DNA of 64,000 nucleotides from Gemmatimonadota bacterium. GTDB taxonomy: Bacteria > Gemmatimonadota > Gemmatimonadetes > Longimicrobiales > Gaopeijiaceae. The notes beneath the pieces are model-generated. The model was not told the DNA's origin. It saw nothing but the letters and a program-made list of their open reading frames with translations, and did no database searches. The stretch spans positions 4,212 through 68,211 of the forward strand of contig JAPPNM010000177.1 in NCBI GenBank assembly GCA_028873825.1, in the 5' to 3' direction. Below are positions 17,227 to 24,758 of the stretch, piece after piece; the first letter of the stretch is position 1, and every line of letters starts with the position of its first letter. The position numbers and the translations under genes are program-made.

Positions 17227-20200
17227 CCTTTCGAGATCAACGTCATGTCCATCGGATTTGCGAAGCCCTTTGGCGTCGTTCCGGCGCGGGTGCGTCGGTC
17301 ATGGTCGGGAGCGGGTTTAGCCGGAACGCACGTGCGTTGCGCCCAGGCTCGGACTCGTTGCCCATGTTGGCCGAGATCGGGCGGGCCCTATCCGCTGAGC
17401 TGTATCCCAACGCTACCACCAATCAAGAGATACCCCCGGAGCGACTCTTGAGATTGGCGCAGGCATACCAAGCCGAATTCAAACCCACCGGGTTGCACGC
17501 AGCACTCAGGACATTGGTGGCGGACGATGACTTCACGCCAGCCACTGCCCATGAGCGACTCCTTCGACTGCCGTGGGCCGATGTGTTTACCACCAACTGG
17601 GATACACTACTGGAACGTGCAAGCGAGACCGTTAGGGACCGTGTCTACACTATCGTCCGAAGCAAGCACGACATTCCTGGAGGAGCCCGGCCACGCATCA
17701 TCAAACTCCACGGGTCCCTTCCCGATTCCGCCCTCGTCCTAACCGAAGAGGACTATCGAACCTATCCTACCAAGTTCTTGCCCTTTGTGAATACCGTACA
17801 ACAGGCAATGATGGAGACGACATTCGTCCTAATTGGCTTTTCGGGCAATGATCCTAACTTCCTTCATTGGTCAGGTTGGGTTCGTGACCACCTCGATGAA
17901 GCTGCGCTGAACATCTATCTCGCTGGATTACTGAACCTGTCGCGCCCCGAGCGCCAGATGCTCCGAGATCGCAACGTAGTTGCCATCGATCTCGCGTTGC
18001 ACCCACGAGCAGACGAGTGGCCCGATGGCCTTCGTCATGAGTACGCCACAAAGTGGATTCTCTCAGCGCTCGAATGCGGACAACCCTACAACATATCGAA
18101 ATGGCCTACGCCTCGGCCTGCGACATTCTGTTCCGAAGAGGATCCTCTACTCGATCCGATCATCCGAAACGTGTCGGCAGAACCACGCAGGGAACCCTCG
18201 GAGTCGCCACGGGAGATACCTTCGGACGAGCGCTTGATCGCCGTCAAGAAGACTCTTGACATTTGGAAGTACAACCGGGACCTTTTTCCGCGCTGGTTGG
18301 TGGCTCCGGGGCGAGTGCGAAGTGAAGTATGGTATTCCACTGAGCGCTGGATGTCTTTCGTCGTGCAGGAGCTGACGCAATTGGCCGCTCTGGAACGCCT
18401 GACCGCGATTCGCGACATCATCTGGCGGTACGAGCTGACCCTTGAGACAATCCCGGATGAACTTCACGCCGCCGCGGAGGCGGTGCTGAGATCCATCGAC
18501 TGTACAGGGCGGACGGTTGAAGGGATTCGCCCAGATGACGTGGATTGGAGCGCGACTCGTGGGGCGTGGCAGGAGGTGACCCTCGCTCTCTTGACCGCTG
18601 CCAGATACCGACTCGACGGTGCCGCTTTCGAGAAGCACCTCAACGCAGTGCAGCCCATTCTGGACGATGATGTGGAGGCAGCCCATCGTGTGAATCATGA
18701 ACGCTGCCTGTGGGCGCTGTGGGCCTTGGACCATGCGACAGTCGGCGAACGGTTAGATGCATGGAGGACTGACGAAGGCGATTCCGCTTGGGCGATGCGC
18801 AAGAGCGCCCTCCTGAGAGAGATTGGACGCAAGGAGGATGCTGATCGCTTGACTATGCGCGTCGTTGAGCGGATCAGAGCGACTCGAGATGGCCCTGGCG
18901 ATCTTGGTGGTCGGTCACGTGAAGGATGGGCGCTATGGAGTCTGGTCGAGACGTTTGCGTATGATGGCAGCTTTCAAACCCGATGGGATAATGTCCAAGC
19001 ACGATGGGATGAGCTCGCGGTCGTCAAGTGCAATCCGTATCCCGACGTCCGTAACCTCAGCGATCAGTTGTCGACCGATCGGCGCGAAACTCGGGTCCCG
19101 GCTTTCGACCTCGGAATGCGTCCGACAGAGTCGCACACGATGCAGATGGTACGTCCGCCCTCTGCATCGCGGGGCATTCGACTGACCGAGGTCGCGGGTG
19201 TCGCCCCTACGACTGGTGTGCGGACGGTCGCGGGCGGCTTGGTGAAGCGGGCTGCCGAAGCACTGATCTCCGATGATGCCACCCTTGGAATGCGTCAGAT
19301 GATCCGCGTCGCCGAATCGGGCAACGACAAGGCGCTGAGGCGTGTGCTGACCCGTCCACGAGTGGCTGCGCTTACTGCTGCGAGCGCACGAGCACTGTCT
19401 CGCGATGTTCAGATCGCATTGAAGAACTCAGTATCGGATATTCGGACCACCAGAGACGAAACCCGATTCAAAGCGGTGAGGCACACGAGCGTCGCCATGG
19501 AGTCATTGTCACGGCTGGTGCTGCGACTGGAGCCTGGAGCGGCTCTCTCGATCTTTGACCGTGCGCTTGGCCTCTATCGGGACACGTCGGTGATGGAGTG
19601 GATTCAGCTGCACGGATCACTGCGTAACCTGTTGAGGAGAAGTTGGGAGACTCTTGACGACGAACAGCGCACGGAGCGAATACTCGATGTTCTTGAGACG
19701 CCGATCGTCGGGCTCGACGGGTATGCGAGTGCCGGTGATCACTGGCCTGATCCCAGTGAGATCCTGTCGGAGGATCTTTCGCCAGTGCGTTCTGAAGAGA
19801 ATGAGAATCGATGGAACTCAGTGGTGGCCACGTTGATTCGAGGGTCGAGCGCCGAGGGGCAGGTACGTGAACGGGCAGCAGTCAGGCTTGCCAAGATCGC
19901 GTTGTGGGGTCGCCTTGCGAAGACAGAGACGGAGAGAGTCGCTGAGGCTATCTGGGGAGTCGCAGCGGATGAAGAACAAGCGCTTCCAGATGGCACGTCG
20001 CTGCACGACTATGCCTTTATTCTGCTTCCCGAGCCCAAGGTTGGCGTTGGAAGAGCGCGCTTTGGGCGAAAGTGGCTGTCGGGGGATGTTGCCAATGTGC
20101 GGCTTGGCGGCGAGGTCGGCCACAAAGATTCGACTAGGGCAGACGACATTCTGTGGCAGGCGGGCATGTCCGTTGCGTTCGTACGTCGTCACGGGAGAAC

Positions 20201-21050
20201 GTTGGATCTGACCAATGAGGAGAAGGATTATCTGATCGGAGTGATTGATCATTGGTCACGGACTAGGGCTCCCAAGCCTTCGGTAGTGATTCCAGAGTTC
20301 TTTAGAGATTTGCGGACACGATCGATCTGGGATGCGTGCCGTGGGTTGCGGTGGCTTTTGACTGAGATTCGGATTCCCAATGGTCTTGCGGAGAGACTAT
20401 ATGGGCAAGTGCCGGAGTTGATCGATAGCGGGATTTCAGCGTACGGCATCCTTCCGGGCATCGACAATGTAGACGAGGATCTGCGTGAGGACATTGCGTT
20501 GCTTATGTCAACCGGATTGGCATCGGACGATCGCAAGATGGGGGAGAGCGCGATGTGGTCATTGCACTGTTGGTTGCGGTTCGCGTCAGAGTCGGCGCTT
20601 GACTTCGTCGGTCCCCCACAGCACTTGATTCGGGAAATTGGGGTTTCGGTGGCCACGAGGCGGCGAACGGTACTGGGAGAGGCGCTCCACGCGGCGAAGT
20701 GGATCTTTGAAGACGGCAGTGAAGAAGAGCGAGACGCGATCCGCGACTTGGTGCTGAAGGGCTTGGGCTACCTCGCCGAAGAGTTGCGGTACGATCGCGA
20801 GGACCCGCTCGATGAGAAACTCGATGTTCCGCTCGCACGGTGGCGCAGCATCCAAGTGGCGCGAGCGATGGCCGGGCAGGGTTTGGGCGGGCATCCCGTG
20901 GTCAAGCGGTGGTTGCAGTTGGGAATGGATGACCCGCTACCGGAAGTACGACGTGTCGCGAACAGGAGGCGGGAGGGTGATGCGATGGTCGAAGTGGCCG
21001 GTGCAGATGGGCGACATGAGTTCGCCGACGAGGGTGGGGCCGATGCCTAG
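17223..21050 (+). CDS. SIR2_2-domain protein with about 1000-aa helical C-terminal region (DSR-like candidate NADase effector)
   Basis: Contains VMVGSGFS, FTTNWDTLLERA, IIKLHGSL and LIGFSGNDPNFLHW within the first 260 aa. HEAT-like DDPLPEVRRVA near the C-terminus. The ATG overlaps the pglX stop (ATGA). GC is visibly lower than in the flanking genes. Confidence 0.8.
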   Translation: MTFRDQRHVHRICEALWRRSGAGASVMVGSGFSRNARALRPGSDSLPMLAEIGRALSAELYPNATTNQEIPPERLLRLAQAYQAEFKPTGLHAALRTLVADDDFTPATAHERLLRLPWADVFTTNWDTLLERASETVRDRVYTIVRSKHDIPGGARPRIIKLHGSLPDSALVLTEEDYRTYPTKFLPFVNTVQQAMMETTFVLIGFSGNDPNFLHWSGWVRDHLDEAALNIYLAGLLNLSRPERQMLRDRNVVAIDLALHPRADEWPDGLRHEYATKWILSALECGQPYNISKWPTPRPATFCSEEDPLLDPIIRNVSAEPRREPSESPREIPSDERLIAVKKTLDIWKYNRDLFPRWLVAPGRVRSEVWYSTERWMSFVVQELTQLAALERLTAIRDIIWRYELTLETIPDELHAAAEAVLRSIDCTGRTVEGIRPDDVDWSATRGAWQEVTLALLTAARYRLDGAAFEKHLNAVQPILDDDVEAAHRVNHERCLWALWALDHATVGERLDAWRTDEGDSAWAMRKSALLREIGRKEDADRLTMRVVERIRATRDGPGDLGGRSREGWALWSLVETFAYDGSFQTRWDNVQARWDELAVVKCNPYPDVRNLSDQLSTDRRETRVPAFDLGMRPTESHTMQMVRPPSASRGIRLTEVAGVAPTTGVRTVAGGLVKRAAEALISDDATLGMRQMIRVAESGNDKALRRVLTRPRVAALTAASARALSRDVQIALKNSVSDIRTTRDETRFKAVRHTSVAMESLSRLVLRLEPGAALSIFDRALGLYRDTSVMEWIQLHGSLRNLLRRSWETLDDEQRTERILDVLETPIVGLDGYASAGDHWPDPSEILSEDLSPVRSEENENRWNSVVATLIRGSSAEGQVRERAAVRLAKIALWGRLAKTETERVAEAIWGVAADEEQALPDGTSLHDYAFILLPEPKVGVGRARFGRKWLSGDVANVRLGGEVGHKDSTRADDILWQAGMSVAFVRRHGRTLDLTNEEKDYLIGVIDHWSRTRAPKPSVVIPEFFRDLRTRSIWDACRGLRWLLTEIRIPNGLAERLYGQVPELIDSGISAYGILPGIDNVDEDLREDIALLMSTGLASDDRKMGESAMWSLHCWLRFASESALDFVGPPQHLIREIGVSVATRRRTVLGEALHAAKWIFEDGSEEERDAIRDLVLKGLGYLAEELRYDREDPLDEKLDVPLARWRSIQVARAMAGQGLGGHPVVKRWLQLGMDDPLPEVRRVANRRREGDAMVEVAGADGRHEFADEGGADA

Positions 21051-22812
21051 ATCCCGCCGCGATGTTGAAGGACTTCTGGACCGGCTCGACGAGTTTCCCG
21101 CCCACGACCTCGAGTTCCAGAACCTCGACTTCAAGGAATGGGATCCCTGCCGCCTGAACCAATCGGTGCGATCCGCCGTGACCTCCGCCGTCTGCATGGC
21201 CAACGGCGGCGGTGGAACAGTGGTCTTCGGCGTCGCCGACAAGGTGGTAGGCCGCGACCGCGCGATCGTCGGCGTCCCGCCTGAAGTGTCGGTCAACCGC
21301 CTCAAGCTGGCGGTTCACGACGGAACGGATCCGAAGCTCACGCCGGTCTTCGAGGAACTCATGGTACCGGAAGGGACTGGACGCCTGATCCTCATGCGCG
21401 TTCATCCCGGGATCCCCCCCTACACGGATACCGCCGGTCGCGGCACGGTTCGGGTCGGCACGGACTGCAAGCCGCTGACCGGAACGATGAGGAGAAAGCT
21501 CCTCGAAGAGTCCGGAGAGAACGACTACACGGCGGTGACCATCGACGCTCCTCTTCCCGGGTTGATATCCCCCGCGGCCATGGAGACGCTTCGCGAGGCC
21601 GCGAAGTTGGACAGGGCGCCCCCTGACCTGCTTCGGCTTGGCGACACCGATCTGCTGCGCGCGATCGGCGTGATCCGCGACGGCAGGCCCACGCGGGCGG
21701 CGGTCCTTCTCGCCGGCTCGCCCGACGCCGTCCGCGACCATGTCCCCAGCTTCCTTTGGACCCACCTCCGAATGTCGTCGGACACCGAGTACTCCGACCG
21801 CGCCGACGGCCACCACGCAATCCCGGTCGCCCTGTCCCGCCTCCTCGACCGGATCATGGCGAACAACCTGATCGAGACGGTGCGTCGCGGAGTCTACCAC
21901 TTCGAGTACCGAACGTACCCGAAGACGGCTCTTCGAGAGGCCCTTCTCAACGCACTGTGCCACGGTGCCTTTCGTGTCGCCGGCCCGAGGATCGTGAGGC
22001 AGTATGCCGACCGAATCGAAATCTCCAACCCCGGTGGTCTGATCGGCGACATCACGCCGGACAACATCCTCCACCACGCGCCTGCGGCTCGGAATCCGTG
22101 CCTCGTCCAGGCCCTGGTGCGTCTCCGCCTTGTGAATCGAAGCAAACTCGGAATGGAGCGGATGTACTCTGCGCTTCTCATTGAGGGGAAGCCGCCGCCC
22201 GAGATCGAGGAGGTCGGCGGATCCGTCCGGTTGACGTTTAGGGCTTCCTCCGTTTCACCCCGGTTCCGCGGCTTCGTGGGCGAGGAGGCGCGAAAGGAGA
22301 TCGTGCTCGGCGCGGACCAGCTGCTCCTCCTGCGACACATGGTCCGCCACGGCGAGATCGACAATCCCACCGCATCTCGGCTCTGCCAGAGGCGGGAGTC
22401 CGCCGTCGCCGCAGTGCTGGCCCGGATGGAATCGGAGCTGGGATACGTGGAACACAGAGGCAGCGGCCCGGGCGCGTACTGGATGCTGTCGCCCGAAGCC
22501 CATGCCCGCTTGGCGCCCGCGAACGACTTTCGCGAGGGACCGAAGGTCGTCTTCGGAGCGGACGGAACGGTGACCCACCGGGATCCGCACGGAGCCTGGG
22601 ACGGTCTCAAGGCGCGGGTGATCCGGGTGATCAGGCGATGCGCCGATACCGGTGCCGATCCCCTCGTCAACGCCGATGTCCGCCGGATCACCGGCCTGGA
22701 TCGCCATCAGGTCCGCCGCATGATCCATGAGCTCCGGGACGACGGCCTCGTCGTGATCGAGGGCCACGGGCGTGCCGCCAGATACCTCTACGCCAGCCCC
22801 GGGAGCGAATAG
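21043..22812 (+). CDS. COG2865/Schlafen-like protein (AlbA_2-like N-domain + HATPase_c_4 + C-terminal wHTH-like regions)
   Basis: The ATG at 21043 lies 8 nt before the SIR2 stop. Contains DLEFQNLDFKEWD and LREALLNALCHGAF. C-terminal ...RHQVRRMIHELRDDGLVVIEG. The ORF track start at 20812 is judged too far upstream. Confidence 0.65.
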   Translation: MPRSRRDVEGLLDRLDEFPAHDLEFQNLDFKEWDPCRLNQSVRSAVTSAVCMANGGGGTVVFGVADKVVGRDRAIVGVPPEVSVNRLKLAVHDGTDPKLTPVFEELMVPEGTGRLILMRVHPGIPPYTDTAGRGTVRVGTDCKPLTGTMRRKLLEESGENDYTAVTIDAPLPGLISPAAMETLREAAKLDRAPPDLLRLGDTDLLRAIGVIRDGRPTRAAVLLAGSPDAVRDHVPSFLWTHLRMSSDTEYSDRADGHHAIPVALSRLLDRIMANNLIETVRRGVYHFEYRTYPKTALREALLNALCHGAFRVAGPRIVRQYADRIEISNPGGLIGDITPDNILHHAPAARNPCLVQALVRLRLVNRSKLGMERMYSALLIEGKPPPEIEEVGGSVRLTFRASSVSPRFRGFVGEEARKEIVLGADQLLLLRHMVRHGEIDNPTASRLCQRRESAVAAVLARMESELGYVEHRGSGPGAYWMLSPEAHARLAPANDFREGPKVVFGADGTVTHRDPHGAWDGLKARVIRVIRRCADTGADPLVNADVRRITGLDRHQVRRMIHELRDDGLVVIEGHGRAARYLYASPGSE

Positions 22813-22885
22813 ATCGTGAGCGAGAATGTGATTGAGGACGGTCGAGGCCGGAATGAAGACGGGTTCCCCGTGAGCTTTTCTCAGC

Positions 22886-23160
22886 GGAAATGCGCGAGAA
22901 TCGCAAGAAATAGCATTTCACACGCATTGATTATCAAAAATGCGAACGAAATGCGATTATACACAGTTCCAGATACATTTCCCTCGCGAGATGCGAACGG
23001 AATGCGCGAATCGCCTTTTCGAGTCGCATTTCTACCCGCACTCTGCTGGAAATGCGACAATTCCGGCCTCCCGCACCCATTCTTGACTCATTTCTCGACT
23101 CAATCTCCGAGAAATGAGTCACAGAGTGCCGTTCCGATCCGTTTTCTGACTCATTTCCCG
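22886..23160. repeat. AT-rich intergenic repeat cluster (AATGCG-type motifs and TGACTCATTTC motifs)
   Basis: About nine AATGCG or CGCATT copies. ATGCGAACG(A/G)AATGCG occurs twice. Perfect 14-bp inverted repeat TGACTCATTTCTCG / CGAGAAATGAGTCA at 23085-23122, with a third direct copy at 23147-23160. Confidence 0.7.
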
Positions 23161-23171
23161 CGCGCCGGAAG

Positions 23172-24353
23172 ATGAACCTGAACGAATTTCGCGAGAGAAT
23201 CCGAGCCGGCGAGAGCGAGCGGCTGGAGTTCAAGCGCGAGGCGCGCGACCTCCGGGCGGTCGGCCGGGCCGTCTGCGCGTTCGCCAACTCGTCCGGCGGC
23301 ACGGTCGTCATTGGCGTGGACGACCGGGGCGGAATCGTGGGCGTGGACGAAGATCCGGACGGGCTGCAGGAACGCCTGAGCGGCTTTCTCCACACCGGAC
23401 TGAGTTCCCCCGTTTCGGCGAGGTGCGGCTGTCTGGAGACTCCCGCCGGCTGGGTGCACTGGATCAGGGTCCCCCACCAGCAGCGCGGGTTCGAGCCCAT
23501 GCGCCACAGGGGCCGCTACTGGGTGCGCCGCGGCAGGAGCAGCGTCGAGCCGTCGCCCTCCGGGCTGGAGGAGCTCCTCCAAGTCTTCGGGTTCGTAATG
23601 ACGGAGGACCAAGTGATCCCGTCGGCGGAGGAACATCACATCGACCTGGCCGTGTTCACCGCCCACCTGCGGGCCATGGGACTCAAGCCCGACGAGGGGC
23701 CCCAGCCTTCCATGACCGACGACCTTCGCAATCGCGGAGTGACCGCGGAACTGGACGGGGTCATGCGTCCGACCCTCTACGGCCTGCTAGCGTTCGGCAA
23801 GCATCCGCAGCAATACCCCCAGATGGGGAACTTCGTCGTGCGTTGCGCCGCCTACCTGGGCGACCACCAGGGATCGGAGGTCATTTCGGCCAGCGAGAGC
23901 CGGGGACGTCTGGAGGAGCAGGTGAATCGCGCGCTGGAGTGGGTCCGATCCTTCGGCTGGCGCGAGGAATACCGGGGTCTCTACCGCCGCAACGTGCCGC
24001 TGGTCCCCGAGGACGCCCTCCGCGAGGCGCTGGTGAACGCGGTCGTGCACCGGGACTACTCGATCACCGGATCGCCGGTGTCGCTGGACGTGCTGCGGGA
24101 CCGGGTTCTGGTGACCAGTCCGGGGGCTCTTCCGAATCACATGACCGAGGAGAGCGTGCGCGCGGGCGGGCGGCCCCGGTCCCGCAACGAGCTCATGGTC
24201 AACGCGATGGTCGTGGCCAGGTTGATGGAGAAGCGCGGGAGGGGATGGCTGCTGATGAGTGAGGCGATGGCGGAGTTCGATCTGCCCGAGCCGGAGATCG
24301 AGAACGATCCCGCGGGACGCACAGTGCGGGTGACGCTGAGGCGCGTGCCATGA
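23172..24353 (+). CDS. COG2865/Schlafen-like protein (AlbA_2 + HATPase_c_4)
   Basis: 393 aa. Contains GESERLEFKREA, AFANSSGGTVVIGVDD and LREALVNAVVHRDY. Confidence 0.75.
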   Translation: MNLNEFRERIRAGESERLEFKREARDLRAVGRAVCAFANSSGGTVVIGVDDRGGIVGVDEDPDGLQERLSGFLHTGLSSPVSARCGCLETPAGWVHWIRVPHQQRGFEPMRHRGRYWVRRGRSSVEPSPSGLEELLQVFGFVMTEDQVIPSAEEHHIDLAVFTAHLRAMGLKPDEGPQPSMTDDLRNRGVTAELDGVMRPTLYGLLAFGKHPQQYPQMGNFVVRCAAYLGDHQGSEVISASESRGRLEEQVNRALEWVRSFGWREEYRGLYRRNVPLVPEDALREALVNAVVHRDYSITGSPVSLDVLRDRVLVTSPGALPNHMTEESVRAGGRPRSRNELMVNAMVVARLMEKRGRGWLLMSEAMAEFDLPEPEIENDPAGRTVRVTLRRVP

Positions 24354-24360
24354 CACCTCG

Positions 24361-24393
24361 GGACGGCTTCCACGCGCTCGTCAACCACCACCG
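24361..24393 (+). repeat. 33-nt copy (32/33 identical) of an internal pglX segment (16623-16655)
   Basis: GGACGGCTTCCACGCGCTCGTCAAC(T/C)ACCACCG, compared base by base. Lies 8 nt after the stop of the 23172 gene. Confidence 0.85.
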
Positions 24394-24422
24394 ACACGCG
24401 GCACGTCGCCCGGAGAAATCCG

Positions 24423-24758
24423 ATGCCCAAGACTAGAGCCGAGATACTCGACGTGCTGGAACGCCTCGACGAGTGCGTGGCGGACGATCTCGAGGGCCAG
24501 CATCTCGACTTCAAGCAGTGGGATCAACGCAGCGACCGGGGCGCGCTGCGACAAATTGCTTCATTTCCTTCCCCGATCCGCAAGACGGGTGCGCATCGTG
24601 GGGCGCGAGACCGGACACGCGTTACCTGGCAGGCTCGTGATGGTGGAGCGGGCACCTGGGACCGCGGGAAATGGGACAAATCGGGACGGGTCGGGGCGTT
24701 CCTTGTCCCAATTCGCGCCGGATCGTTGGAAATGTATCAGCAGCGGATGATCCCATGA
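24423..24758 (+). pseudogene. stub ORF: the first 36 or so codons resemble the N-terminus of the 21043 COG2865 gene, the rest is unrelated
   Basis: ILDVLERLDECVADDLEGQHLDFKQWD compared with LLDRLDEFPAHDLEFQNLDFKEWD. The ORF stop overlaps the ATG of the next gene (ATGA at 24755-24758). Confidence 0.4.

Noticed and set aside
20812-21042. Upstream extension of the COG2865 gene overlapping the end of the SIR2 gene by 239 nt.
   Set aside because: The AlbA_2-like N-terminus aligns from the ATG at 21043 with the stub at 24423. The extension would create a long out-of-frame overlap with a well-supported gene.
22816-23175. 119-codon ORF (GTG start) filling the AT-rich spacer after the 21043 gene.
   Set aside because: Its repetitive peptide pattern simply mirrors the DNA repeats (AATGCG and TGACTCATTTC units). 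Composition is unlike every other gene here, and no family resemblance was seen. It is treated as a non-coding regulatory or repeat region.
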